Below, in pieces: positions 36,122-46,105 of a stretch of DNA of 64,000 bases. Numbering within the stretch: the first letter of the stretch is position 1; every line of letters begins with the position of its first letter. The notes under the pieces are model-generated. The model was not told the DNA's origin. It ran no database searches and saw only the letters and a program-made list of their open reading frames with translations. The stretch is from Thermoplasmatota archaeon (GTDB lineage: Archaea; Thermoplasmatota; E2; JACPAO01; JAHFTW01), in the NCBI GenBank assembly GCA_038046785.1, contig JBBSVM010000003.1, forward strand, positions 211,228-275,227, in the 5' to 3' direction. Made by a program: the position numbers and the translations under genes.

Positions 36122-37882
36122 GTGCCCCCCCAAGTCCAGGTCGCCTTCGACGTCACCCGCCCCGAAACGCATCTGGTGCGCGTCACGCTCAACTTCCCCG
36201 CCGCCCCGGGCAAGACGCGCACCTTCTCGATGCCGGCCTGGGTTCCGGGATCCTACAAAATTCGCGACTTCGGCCGGCACGTCCAGGACCTCACCGCCAC
36301 GGTGGCGGGCAAGCGGGTCCCGGTGGAGCAGCCGACGAAGGATTCCTGGGCGGTGCCCGCTGCCGGGAAAGCGGTCACGCTCACCTACGATGTCTACTGC
36401 CGCGAACTCACCGTGGACACCAGCCATGTCACGAGCGACCACGCCCATCTCTTCCCAGCCACCTTGGTTCTCTACGATGCTGCCAGCCGGCCGTTGCCGC
36501 ACAAGGTGACGCTGCGCAAACCCAAGCCGTGGAGCCAATGGTCCGGCTTGGAGACCGCGCGGCTCGACGGCACGTTCGCCGTGGCCGAGGACTACGACCA
36601 TCTCATCGACTGCCCCATCGAGGTGGGACCGGCTGCCGACTACGCCGTGCGCCGCTTCACCGTGGCAGGAAAACCCCATCGCCACGTCGTCTGGAAGGCT
36701 CCCGCCGGCGTCGATTGGGTCCGCGTGGACAAGGAGATGGCCGCCATCGCGAAGACGACCATTGCGGTCTGGGGCGAGGCTCCCTACGACCACTACACCT
36801 TCCTCAGCCACGTCGCAGAAGGGTACGGCGGCGGCCTCGAACACCGCAACTCAACGGTTCTCGGCATCGACCCGAGCCATCTGCTCTCAGACGAGAAACT
36901 GCAGACACGGTTCTACCCACTCGTCGCACACGAATTCTTCCACACTTGGAACGTCAAGCGCATTCTTCCCGCCGCCTTCCAGCCCTACCCGCTGCAGAGC
37001 GAGACCTACACGGACCTTCTCTGGCTCTTTGAGGGATTCACCAGCTACTACGAGCTGCCCCTCCTGCACCGCTCCAACGTGGTGGACGGCGCGTCGTGGG
37101 CCAAACTGGTGGGCGAAGACCTCGAGGGGTACCACAAGGCGCTCGGGCGCAAACGCATCAGCGTGGCACAGGCAAGTCGCCTCACTTGGACGCTGCTCTA
37201 CCAGCCGCACGAGCACAACGTCAACCGCAACGTCAGCTACTACGCCAAAGGCATGTGGGTCGGGCTCTGCCTCGATGCCGAACTGCGCCGCCGCAAGGTG
37301 AAGGGTGGCCTCGACGCGGTGATGCGGCACATCTGGCGCAAGCATGGCAAGACCGGCGTGGGTCTCACCGATGACGCGCTGCCCGACCTGGTCGAGCAGG
37401 CGACCGGCCTCAACCTCGGCGGCAAGATTGCACGCTGGGTGGACGGCACCGAGGAGCTTCCCATCGCCGCCGCCTTCCGCACGCTCGGCTGGACGATGAA
37501 GGCAGAGTGGAAGGATCCCAAGAAGAAGCTCGGCCTCGGCCTGGAGTTCAAGCCGGGGACGGCGCAGATTGCGCGCATCTGGGAGGACCGCCCAGCGGCG
37601 GGTGTTTTGCAGCCGGACGACGAGATTGTCGCCGCGCTCGGAACAAAATGGAATCCCGAGGCGTTCGCAGAGCGGGTCGCCAGCCGCAAGCCCGGCGACC
37701 GCGTCGAAATCGCCGCGTTCCGCGAAGGCCGTCTGCGCAGCTTCCAGGTCCCGCTCTCGGAATCCCCCAAAGAGACCTTCAAGCTCACGCCGACGAAGGG
37801 TTCCGCCGCAAAGCGCGCGCGCACGGCCTGGCTTGGCGAGGGCAAACCCAAACCCAAGAAGCCGGCCCGAAAGGGTCGCTGA
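36122..37882 (+). CDS. M61 family glycyl aminopeptidase with C-terminal PDZ domain and basic tail
   Basis: HEFFHTW...E zinc motif and the M61 architecture. Ends KPKPKKPARKGR. Confidence 0.75.
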   Translation: MPPQVQVAFDVTRPETHLVRVTLNFPAAPGKTRTFSMPAWVPGSYKIRDFGRHVQDLTATVAGKRVPVEQPTKDSWAVPAAGKAVTLTYDVYCRELTVDTSHVTSDHAHLFPATLVLYDAASRPLPHKVTLRKPKPWSQWSGLETARLDGTFAVAEDYDHLIDCPIEVGPAADYAVRRFTVAGKPHRHVVWKAPAGVDWVRVDKEMAAIAKTTIAVWGEAPYDHYTFLSHVAEGYGGGLEHRNSTVLGIDPSHLLSDEKLQTRFYPLVAHEFFHTWNVKRILPAAFQPYPLQSETYTDLLWLFEGFTSYYELPLLHRSNVVDGASWAKLVGEDLEGYHKALGRKRISVAQASRLTWTLLYQPHEHNVNRNVSYYAKGMWVGLCLDAELRRRKVKGGLDAVMRHIWRKHGKTGVGLTDDALPDLVEQATGLNLGGKIARWVDGTEELPIAAAFRTLGWTMKAEWKDPKKKLGLGLEFKPGTAQIARIWEDRPAAGVLQPDDEIVAALGTKWNPEAFAERVASRKPGDRVEIAAFREGRLRSFQVPLSESPKETFKLTPTKGSAAKRARTAWLGEGKPKPKKPARKGR

Positions 37883-37926
37883 ACGCTCTGCGGCAAACGG
37901 TTGCGGAAAATCGCCACAGCCCTTAA

Positions 37927-38577
37927 GTGAACGAGCGGCGCGGTTCGGTCGTGCGGTTCGCGATTGTCCCTCTCGCTCTGGCGCTCCTCCTGGCGGGCTG
38001 CGCATCGGTTCCGGCCGCACCGGTCGAGGCAGACACCGGTGCGGCGGGAAGCGTCGTCGCGTTGCGCGTCATCCCAGTCAACCACACCGTGAGCTGGAGC
38101 GGCAACTTGGGGGCCGAGCCGTGCGGCGTCCCAGGCACCACGACCTGCAGTCTCTTCGACGAGTCTTGGCGCCTCCTCGATTCCAACCTCCGCGACCCGA
38201 GCGTCCCGGAGCTCAACCCTGGCTTGGAAGCGCCGCCGATGGAGCGCACCGTGCACGACGCTGGCGCCCTGTTCTGGCGCCTCTCAGGCGAGTTGCGGCT
38301 GGAGTCTTCCACCGCGCGCTCTGAGGTGAACCTGCGCGTTTTCGTCCTCGACGGCGACGGCGGGGAGGGCCGCGAGGCGCTCTTCGTGCACGGCACCGAC
38401 CGCATCACCGTGGAGACGACCGACCTCTTCCTCGAGGAGGGCGAGCGCGACCTCCGATTCGTTCTGGAGTTGGCCGAGCAGGACGCCCGCACCCTCCTGG
38501 CCCCCGTCCGCGTGACCGGGGAGATTCTGGCACAGGCGTTCGTGGATGCCGGCGACGAGCCGGTGGTCCTGAGCTGA
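37927..38577 (+). CDS. Hypothetical lipoprotein (lipobox LAGC)
   Basis: N-terminal LALALLLAGCASVP. Confidence 0.5.
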   Translation: MNERRGSVVRFAIVPLALALLLAGCASVPAAPVEADTGAAGSVVALRVIPVNHTVSWSGNLGAEPCGVPGTTTCSLFDESWRLLDSNLRDPSVPELNPGLEAPPMERTVHDAGALFWRLSGELRLESSTARSEVNLRVFVLDGDGGEGREALFVHGTDRITVETTDLFLEEGERDLRFVLELAEQDARTLLAPVRVTGEILAQAFVDAGDEPVVLS

Positions 38578-38636
38578 GCGGCCTCCCGCACATCCCCCTC
38601 AACAACCTTTTTGCCGCCGGGGGCGACCGTGGAGCC

Positions 38637-40340
38637 GTGACGGTTCCCGCCGGCATCGACTGGAGACCGTGGGAGGCCGCGACGTTTGCCACGGCCCAGC
38701 GTGAGCGCAAACCCATCTTCGTTAACGTCGCAGCGGGGTGGTGCCACTGGTGCCACGTCATGGACAAGGAGACGTTTGGCGACCGCGCCGTCCAGGAAGC
38801 TCTGCGCTCCTTCATCGCCATCCGCGTCGATGCCGATGCGCGGCCCGACCTGGCGGAGCGCTACGGCGAATGGGGCTGGCCCGCCAACGCCCTGCTGACG
38901 CCGGATTCTGAGCCGTTCACCGAACTGCGCGGCTACCAGGAGGCGGCTCCGTTTCGCGAGCTGCTGCAGTCGGTGGCCGCCCAGGCGAAGGCGGGAACCC
39001 TGCGCCGCGCCGTCGTGCCGCCGGCTCGCCCCGCGGTGACGGGCGACCTGGTGGAACTACGCGACCAGGTCGCCGCATCGCTGCTGCGCTTCTACGACCG
39101 CAAGGTGGGCGGCTGGGGCGGCTTCCAGAAGTACCCCCATCCCGGACCGCTTGAGGCGTCCTGGCTGGAGGCGGCGCGCGGCAACGAGGCGGGCCGCCGC
39201 CGCGCCGAGCAGACGCTTGCGGGCATGACGCAACTTCTCGACCCGGTGTGGGGCGGCTGCTACCAGTACTCCACCCACCACGGCTGGACGACACCGCACT
39301 TCGAGAAGATCGCCACCGTGCAGGCCGCAAGCCTGGCGTCGTTCACCGAGGCGTGGCAACGCACCGGCAACGCGTCGTACCGCGACGCCGCCAACCGGCA
39401 GGTGCGCTACCTCACGACGTGGCTGCAATCCGCCGAGGGCCCCTTCTTCACCAGCCAGGACGCCGATGCGACCCGCCCCGATGGCTCCACCGTGAAGGGC
39501 GAGCGTTACTATGGGCAAAGCGACGCCAAGCGGCGCACCCTCGGGTTGCCGAAACTGGACCGCTCCATCTACGCCGACTGGAACGGCCAACTCCTGCACG
39601 CCCTCGCCCGCCACGCCGCCGCCACCGGGGAGACCAGCTCCTTGGTCGCAGCCGCCCGCGCCGCACGCCGCCTGCTCGCGACCCACCAAGAGCCGTCGGG
39701 CGCTTTCCGGCACGCCGAACGTCCGGATGCGATTCTTCACTTGCGCGACAACGCCGCAATGGGACGCGCCCTCCTCGCCCTCTCCCAGGGCTCCGGCGAC
39801 CCATCGTGGGCCGTCGAGGCGGAGCGGGTGGCGCGCTGGATGCTGGCGAACCTCCAGGCGCCGGAGGGCGGCTTCTGGGCGCACAGCAAAGACCCCGCCG
39901 CAGCAGGCGTGTTCGCCCAACGCCGGCGCCCGCTCGAGGAGAACGGTTTGGCGGTGCGCTTCCTCGTCGAGGTGGCATGGCAGAGCGAAGACGAGGCGCT
40001 TGCTGCCGCCTGCCGCACCGCCGCAGAACGGGCCGCGCGCGTCCTGGGCGATGCTGAACTTGTGGCCGCCGAAGGCAACCTGATTGGGCAGTTCCTGCTC
40101 GGCATCGAATGGCTCCTGCTCGAGCCCACCAAAGCGGTCGTCGTCGGTGCCGCCGCGGGGGAACCGCTGTGGCAGGCCGCGCTCGCTCTCGCCGCACCCG
40201 GCCTCGTGGTGCGCGCTCCTCACTCGGGTGAATATCCCCCCGTACCGAGCCCTGCCGTCTACCTCTGCCGCGGCAACGCCTGCAGCCGACCCGTCACCGA
40301 TGCGGCCTCTCTCGCCTCCGAGCTCGCACGAATGCTCTAA
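38637..40340 (+). CDS. Thioredoxin-domain (DUF255) protein with six-hairpin glycosidase-like domain (YyaL / SSP411-like)
   Basis: N-terminal thioredoxin-like CHWC, then about 400 aa of (alpha/alpha)6-barrel-like region. Confidence 0.7.
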   Translation: MTVPAGIDWRPWEAATFATAQRERKPIFVNVAAGWCHWCHVMDKETFGDRAVQEALRSFIAIRVDADARPDLAERYGEWGWPANALLTPDSEPFTELRGYQEAAPFRELLQSVAAQAKAGTLRRAVVPPARPAVTGDLVELRDQVAASLLRFYDRKVGGWGGFQKYPHPGPLEASWLEAARGNEAGRRRAEQTLAGMTQLLDPVWGGCYQYSTHHGWTTPHFEKIATVQAASLASFTEAWQRTGNASYRDAANRQVRYLTTWLQSAEGPFFTSQDADATRPDGSTVKGERYYGQSDAKRRTLGLPKLDRSIYADWNGQLLHALARHAAATGETSSLVAAARAARRLLATHQEPSGAFRHAERPDAILHLRDNAAMGRALLALSQGSGDPSWAVEAERVARWMLANLQAPEGGFWAHSKDPAAAGVFAQRRRPLEENGLAVRFLVEVAWQSEDEALAAACRTAAERAARVLGDAELVAAEGNLIGQFLLGIEWLLLEPTKAVVVGAAAGEPLWQAALALAAPGLVVRAPHSGEYPPVPSPAVYLCRGNACSRPVTDAASLASELARML

Positions 40341-40360
40341 CCACCGATGGGCCGCATTGG

Positions 40361-40428
40361 TCACAGATTTCTCAGATTCCTCAGATTCTACGCCAACAAC
40401 CAATCTGTGAAATCTGCGCAATCTGCGA
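40361..40428. repeat. Second, diverged copy of the CAGAT-array palindromic element
   Basis: The right arm aatctgtgaaatctgcgcaatctgcgac differs at 3 positions from the 35301 element arm. The left arm keeps 3 CAGAT sites at 9-bp spacing but has diverged spacers. Confidence 0.75.
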
Positions 40429-40486
40429 CTTCGTCGGTCGCTCTGCCCTCCGTAACTTCAAGCAGGGGAGCGGCGTCCAAGAGCCG

Positions 40487-41950
40487 ATGGCCCACGCGCC
40501 AAGCATCGTCCGCGCCCTGATTCAGGAAGCCAAACGGGGCGGCCGCCCCATGGTGTTCCTGCTGCGCGAGGCGCGCGCCATCGAGGAGCCATCGCACGCC
40601 GCCGAGGCGCTCTTTGCGCTCTCCGAATTCGTGCCCGAAGACCAAGCGGGCAACGTCCTTGGCGAAGTGGCCGGACTGGTCGGCCAAGTGGAACGTGGCT
40701 GGCGCCGCGCCGAGGTCATCGCCACTCTCGCCAAACGGGGCCCAAGCTGGCGCAACGGCGACGACATGGACGAAACGTTGGACCGTTTCCAGCGCTCGCT
40801 CGTCCGCCTCACGCTCGACCTGGAAGGGTCCGACCTTTCCGCAGCGCTGCCCAACGTGGCGCGCTGGTGCCCCGAAGACTTGATGGTGGACTTGCTGCGC
40901 CGCGCCCTGACTGCGGGCAGCAACCCGTTGGAGGACGGCAAGTGCGTTCTGGCGCTCGGCGAGAACGCCGGCCTGGTCGACCTCCTCATGAGTTGGCCCG
41001 ACGCCGCGCTGCGCTCGCGGCTTCTCGCTTACCACCACAACCACGCCGCGACCCCGCGCCTGGCCGACGCCATCGCAGAGTCCACGAAACTTTCCCCCAA
41101 GGGCCAAGTTGAGGTTCTGCGCGGCGTCATCGCCAGCCTTGCCGAGGCCGACCTGGAGACCGTCCACGCGGCCCTGCCCACCGACCCTGAAAGCCGCGCC
41201 CGACTGCTTGCCGCCCTCGCCGCTCGCGCCGACCGCCTGGGCGAGAAGGGCAAGGCGGCCGCTTGGTTCGCGGAGGGAACTGCGGTCGCTGCCGCAATTC
41301 CCGAGGAGAAGGCGCGCACCAACGTTCTCGCCAATCTTGCCAAAGGGACCGAGCGGCTTGTCACCGGCAAAGCTCCGGCGCCGCCCCCTTCGCGCCCGGA
41401 ATCCAACATCCGCATCACCGCTCCCGCCGCTCCGACGGCCGTCGGTCGCCCCATCCTCGCTCTCGTGGACACCTACGACGGAAATCTCGGCGAAACCCAC
41501 TTGCGTGCCATCGGCCGCGCCGCCCCGCTCTGCTGGGCGTTCGGCCTCGACCTCGCCCTCGTCGGCTTCCCCGGAACCCTCGAAGAGACAGTGAAAAAGG
41601 CGGCCAAGGAGACCCACATCGGCGAAGGCGAAGGCTACGTCACCGAGCTCGCGGGCGCCAGCCGCATCCACTGGGTTCCGGTCACCGGCGGACTGCCCAC
41701 CTGGCCCGGCCTTCCCATCGCCACGACGCCGAGCCCGGACCCTGCCAAGGCGGTGGATTTCCCGCGCGCCCAGGAGCTGGCCCGTGGCACCCCGCTCGTC
41801 GTCCTCATGGGGCTCGGTAAACGCGGTCTGCCTCCTGGTTGGCTCAAGGTTCTGCCGCACCACTTGGAACTCACCGGGCGGCGCGTCAGCCTGGAGACCG
41901 CCACCGCAATGGGCATCATCGCTGAGCGCATGCGGCAGCTGAAACCGTAA
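40487..41950 (+). CDS. Hypothetical protein; alpha-helical N-terminal domain plus SPOUT-like (DUF531-like) C-terminal domain
   Basis: C-terminal ...VVLMGLGKRGLP...SLETATAMGIIAERM resembles SPOUT motif III. Weak homology call. Confidence 0.4.
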   Translation: MAHAPSIVRALIQEAKRGGRPMVFLLREARAIEEPSHAAEALFALSEFVPEDQAGNVLGEVAGLVGQVERGWRRAEVIATLAKRGPSWRNGDDMDETLDRFQRSLVRLTLDLEGSDLSAALPNVARWCPEDLMVDLLRRALTAGSNPLEDGKCVLALGENAGLVDLLMSWPDAALRSRLLAYHHNHAATPRLADAIAESTKLSPKGQVEVLRGVIASLAEADLETVHAALPTDPESRARLLAALAARADRLGEKGKAAAWFAEGTAVAAAIPEEKARTNVLANLAKGTERLVTGKAPAPPPSRPESNIRITAPAAPTAVGRPILALVDTYDGNLGETHLRAIGRAAPLCWAFGLDLALVGFPGTLEETVKKAAKETHIGEGEGYVTELAGASRIHWVPVTGGLPTWPGLPIATTPSPDPAKAVDFPRAQELARGTPLVVLMGLGKRGLPPGWLKVLPHHLELTGRRVSLETATAMGIIAERMRQLKP

Positions 41951-41994
41951 GAGCACACTCAAACGAATGCCCCGAAAGGGTCAAAACGGCCCCC

Positions 41995-43194
41995 TTGGGT
42001 GTTCCTTTGGTTGCCGCCATGAAAAGCGCATCAATCGTTGCTGTCTCTCTGCTTGTCGCCCTTCTTGCCGGCTGCGTCGGCGGAGGAGGAGCGACCGCAA
42101 AAGGACTGCTCAGCATCGCCGACAACGCCGCAAACGCATGGGACGCGGACGCCCAGCTTGTGAGTGTTTTCGGCATTGAGGCGAACATCACGATTCCCCC
42201 CGCCGCCCGCATGGCTCTCCAAGAGGCAGCGAAAGAAGACGCGCGCGCCGACCCGGAAGCGCTCGTCGCCCTGCTCTCCGACGCTCGCGTTGGCGATGGC
42301 GTCGCCCCGGGCTGGGTCTACGCCTACTTCTCTCCCAAAGGAGTGTACGGCGTCATCGTCGGCGCCGACCGGCAGATTATCTTCGAGGAGCAGGTCGCCA
42401 ATATCACGGACATTGGCGATGCCGCAAAAGAGATTGCAGAGTTTGACCTCGAAGCGGCCTTCGGTGCATGGAACGTCGATTCCGACACCGCCGCCGCCAA
42501 CGTCGCCGCCGCCAACGCAACGTTTGCCGCCCAAGTCGGCAAGTCCGAACAGGTGCTCGCCTGGTTCATCAACCCCGTCGAGCGCACCTGGGAGATGGTT
42601 CTCACTCCGCTCCGCGATGGCATGGGCATCCATGCCACCGTGGACTACGAATCAGGTGAAGTGAAACGCGTCGAACTCAATCCGAGCTTCGGCGTCTCCG
42701 TTCCGGGCGTCGAGACCCCCGAGACGCCTGTCGTGGAGCCGCAACCGGACATCGACCAGGAAGCGGGCGCCGTGAATGGCCGCGTCTCCACCCTCGCGAC
42801 GACCGATGGAGGCTCCTTCGACATCGATGACCTCCACGACGTCGGCCGCCTGCTCATCTCCGCACAAGAACAAGCGGGTGCGGCCGGCCTGAGCGATGTC
42901 ACCGTGACCGTCACCGGCCCCGACGGCGAGGAATACAGCACGACGCTCAGCCCGATGCTCGGCACCGAGACCATCGTGGTGCCGTTCACGCCCGCCGTGG
43001 GCGAATGGCAGGTCGTCATGACCTCGGGCGGCGTGGCGCTCGGGACCTCGGTCACCGTCGAGTGGTGCACGGATGGCGACCCGACCCCGGACACGCTCAA
43101 CAACGGCGCCTGCCAAGATCTTCTTGGCTTCGGCGGCAGCGCAGGGTCCGCAAGCCCACTCAGGAGCTGGCTGCCTTTCGCAGCCGCTCCATGA
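41995..43194 (+). CDS. Hypothetical lipoprotein (lipobox LAGC)
   Basis: MKSASIVAVSLLVALLAGCVGGGG. The start may be the Met at 42019. Confidence 0.5.
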   Translation: MGVPLVAAMKSASIVAVSLLVALLAGCVGGGGATAKGLLSIADNAANAWDADAQLVSVFGIEANITIPPAARMALQEAAKEDARADPEALVALLSDARVGDGVAPGWVYAYFSPKGVYGVIVGADRQIIFEEQVANITDIGDAAKEIAEFDLEAAFGAWNVDSDTAAANVAAANATFAAQVGKSEQVLAWFINPVERTWEMVLTPLRDGMGIHATVDYESGEVKRVELNPSFGVSVPGVETPETPVVEPQPDIDQEAGAVNGRVSTLATTDGGSFDIDDLHDVGRLLISAQEQAGAAGLSDVTVTVTGPDGEEYSTTLSPMLGTETIVVPFTPAVGEWQVVMTSGGVALGTSVTVEWCTDGDPTPDTLNNGACQDLLGFGGSAGSASPLRSWLPFAAAP

Positions 43195-44128
43195 CGGCGG
43201 CGCCCAGGCCCGCCTCGGGAATCGCCTCGACGACGAGAGTGTCGTAGCCGCCCGCGTCGGCGTCACGCAGCGCCGCAAAGAGGCGACGCGCCCACCCGGC
43301 CGCATCGTGGCGCGAGGCGATGACGGTGACGTCGGGGCCGCGCAATCCCGACTCCGTGCTGACCAGCCAAGCGGTCCGAGTCGAGCGGCGCCGCTCCACC
43401 TCCCAGAGCGAACGCAGCGCCGCGGCGGCCACCACGCGCAGCGGTGTCGCGGGAGCGTAGTGGCGATACTTCATGCCAGGCGCGAGCGGCCGATCGCCCG
43501 GCGCGGCGTTGGCCAGCGGCCCGACGATGGCCTCCAGATCACGCACCGGGACGCCTCCCTGGCGCAGCAGAGTCGGGCGGCCATCCGGCCACCCCACCAC
43601 GCTGGACTCCAGCCCGACCGCGCAGGGGCCGCCGTCGAGAATCAGGATGGAATCGCCCAAATCGGCGGCGGCATCCGCGGCGCGTGTCGGACTGGGGCGG
43701 CCGCTCACATTGGCGCTTGGTGCCGCAAGGGCCAACCCGGAAGCGCGCAGGACCTGCTGGAACACGGTGTGCGCAGGAACGCGCAGAGCCACCGTGTCGA
43801 GACCCGCCGAGCAGGCGGGCGCGGTGACGTTCGAGCGTGGAACGACGAGCGTCAATGGACCGGGCCAGAACCGCTTCGCCAACTCCAGCGCACCGGGGGG
43901 CCACAACCCACTCACCGCCTGGGCGTGGGCGAGGTCGCGGCAGTGCACGATGACCGGGTTGTCGCTGGGGCGTCCTTTGGCGATGAAGATGGAGCGCACG
44001 GCCATCTCGTTCGCGGCGTCGGCGGCAAGACCATAGACGGTCTCGGTTGGAAGCACGACGAGCCCACCGGAGCCCAAAAACTTGGCCGCCTCCGCAACTG
44101 TGGCTGAGTCCGGAACGCGCACACTCAC
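43160..44128 (-). CDS. tsaC: L-threonylcarbamoyladenylate synthase (Sua5/YrdC/TsaC family)
   Basis: YrdC motif VVLPTETVYGL and a Sua5 C-terminal domain. GTG start at 44128, 4 nt after the purK stop. Confidence 0.8.
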   Translation of the reverse strand: MSVRVPDSATVAEAAKFLGSGGLVVLPTETVYGLAADAANEMAVRSIFIAKGRPSDNPVIVHCRDLAHAQAVSGLWPPGALELAKRFWPGPLTLVVPRSNVTAPACSAGLDTVALRVPAHTVFQQVLRASGLALAAPSANVSGRPSPTRAADAAADLGDSILILDGGPCAVGLESSVVGWPDGRPTLLRQGGVPVRDLEAIVGPLANAAPGDRPLAPGMKYRHYAPATPLRVVAAAALRSLWEVERRRSTRTAWLVSTESGLRGPDVTVIASRHDAAGWARRLFAALRDADAGGYDTLVVEAIPEAGLGAAVMERLRKAASS

Positions 44129-44132
44129 GGTG

Positions 44133-45263
44133 TCACCGCGCGGTTTGGAGGCGGCCGTGCAGGGCTTCAGCCGTCCGAAGGGCAGACGGGGCGTCGTCGG
44201 CGATGACCAGAATGTGGCCCATCTTGCGACCCGGCCGGGCCACTTTCTTTCCGTAGAGATGCAGGTGCGCTCCCGGCTCGGCGAGCACCGGGTCCCAGTG
44301 CGGCGGCCCGGAGGCGGGCCAGAGATCCCCAAGGAGATTCAGCATCACCGCGGGCCGCAGCCAACCCGCATCGCCAAGAGGGAGACCACAGATGGCGCGC
44401 AGATGCTGCTCGAACTGGTTCGTGGCCGCAGCGCCAAGTGTGGCGTGGCCCGAGTTGTGGGTGCGCGGTGCCACCTCGTTGATGAGCAGCTTGTCCCCGA
44501 CAAGGAACAGCTCGACGGCGGCGACGCCGACGTGGCCGAGCGCCGCAACGGTGCGTGTGGCGATGGCGAGCGCCTCGTCTGCGATGGCCTGCGGGACACC
44601 CGCCGGGACCTGCGTGGTGTGCAGGATGCCATCGCGGTGGACATTGCGCGCGAGAGGCCAGGCAGCGACCGCTCCGTCGGGGCTGCGTGCGAGGACGACG
44701 GAGAGTTCTGCGTCGAACGGAACGAACGCTTCGAGCACCGCGGGGTGCGGCTGCTTGGCCCAGGCGGCCTTCGCTTCGGCGACCGTTTTGATGCGGACCT
44801 GGCCCTTGCCGTCGTAGCCGCCCTTCCGCGTTTTCAGGATGGCCGGGGCTCCCACCTTGGCGAGACCGGACTCCAAGGATGCGAAGTCGTCCACGGCGGC
44901 CCATGCTGGCTGCGGCAGGCCGTGCGCTGCGAGGAACTTGCGCTGCGCGAGACGGTCGTTGATGTTGCGCAGAACCGACGCACCGGGGCGAACAACGCGC
45001 GTCTTTGCGAGCGCCTCCAGAACGTCGGCGGAGACATGCTCCGTCTCAATCGTGACGACGTCGCAGCCCTCCGTCAGGCGCAGAGCCGCCTGCACATCGG
45101 ACAAAGGTGCCGCGAGGAACTTGTCGGCGCGTGTCGCGCAGGGCGCCTCGGGGTCGGGGTCGAGGACGTGGACGCGGTAGCCCATGCGGCGCGCCTCGGT
45201 GAGGAGCATCGCGCCGAGCTGGCCGCCGCCCAGGATGCCGATGGTGGAGCCGGGCCGAATCAC
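44133..45263 (-). CDS. purK: N5-carboxyaminoimidazole ribonucleotide synthase
   Basis: ATP-grasp protein with N-terminus [12 protein letters not shown]. Overlaps the purE stop. Confidence 0.85.
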   Translation of the reverse strand: MIRPGSTIGILGGGQLGAMLLTEARRMGYRVHVLDPDPEAPCATRADKFLAAPLSDVQAALRLTEGCDVVTIETEHVSADVLEALAKTRVVRPGASVLRNINDRLAQRKFLAAHGLPQPAWAAVDDFASLESGLAKVGAPAILKTRKGGYDGKGQVRIKTVAEAKAAWAKQPHPAVLEAFVPFDAELSVVLARSPDGAVAAWPLARNVHRDGILHTTQVPAGVPQAIADEALAIATRTVAALGHVGVAAVELFLVGDKLLINEVAPRTHNSGHATLGAAATNQFEQHLRAICGLPLGDAGWLRPAVMLNLLGDLWPASGPPHWDPVLAEPGAHLHLYGKKVARPGRKMGHILVIADDAPSALRTAEALHGRLQTAR

Positions 45264-45742
45264 AGTTTCTCACCCAGGACGCGGTCCCGTTCCGCGTCGC
45301 GCCGCGCCTGCAGACGGGCGCGCAGCTTGGCATCGTGCAGGGCCAGGACTTGGGCCGCAAGGAGAGCTGCATTGGCGGCTCCGGCCGGGCCGATGGCGAG
45401 GGTGCCAACCGGAACACCCTTGGGCATCTGCACGATGGAAAGAAGCGAGTCCTGACCGCTGAGGGCTTTCGACTGGACGGGAACGCCAAACACCGGCACG
45501 AGCGTCATGGAGGCGGTCATGCCGGGAAGGTGGGCGGCACCGCCGGCGCCTGCGATGATGACTTGCAGCCCGTTCTTCTCGGCGGCACGCGCATACTCAA
45601 CCAGGCGTTCAGGTGTGCGATGAGCACTCACGACGTGTTTCTCGTACACAACGCCGAGCTCGTCGAGAATCTCCGCGGCCGCCTTCATGGTCTCCCAGTC
45701 GCTGGAACTGCCCATGATGATGCCGACGCGCGCGGAGGCCAC
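45260..45742 (-). CDS. purE: N5-carboxyaminoimidazole ribonucleotide mutase
   Basis: Motif [14 protein letters not shown] and AHRTP, characteristic of PurE. Confidence 0.9.
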   Translation of the reverse strand: MASARVGIIMGSSSDWETMKAAAEILDELGVVYEKHVVSAHRTPERLVEYARAAEKNGLQVIIAGAGGAAHLPGMTASMTLVPVFGVPVQSKALSGQDSLLSIVQMPKGVPVGTLAIGPAGAANAALLAAQVLALHDAKLRARLQARRDAERDRVLGEKL

Positions 45743-45821
45743 GGTGGGCCACCGGCGGGCCGGTTAAAGAACACGGGGCTGACGAGCGCGAGACGGGGCG
45801 GGACGGGGGAGGAAGCGGTCT

Positions 45822-46028
45822 TCACCAGGAGGTGACGACCTTGACGTTGCCCGCGTTGTCGGCTTCCTTGATGGTCACGCCGTGCTGGTTCTTGGCGTGC
45901 GCCGTCGCCGCCTTGATGACCTCGTTGCGGTCGTGGCTGCGAAACAGTCCGGCACAGTCTACGCCGACGTCGGCGCAGGCAATCTGGTAGGCTTGGCGCT
46001 TGGGTTGGGATTTGCTGAACAGGCCCAT
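45822..46028 (-). CDS. DUF1059 family small protein
   Basis: 68 aa. The motifs CADVGVDCAGLF and AHAKNQHG match the DUF1059 pattern. Shares its MGLF N-terminus and upstream ATGTGACCAC context with the 49880-50182 peptide gene. Confidence 0.6.
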   Translation of the reverse strand: MGLFSKSQPKRQAYQIACADVGVDCAGLFRSHDRNEVIKAATAHAKNQHGVTIKEADNAGNVKVVTSW

Positions 46029-46105
46029 GGTGGTCACATGCCCGAGCGGGCGCAGGGGAAGGAAACCTTCTGCGGATGAACCCTTGGGCGCGGTTCCCAG
46101 GATCG

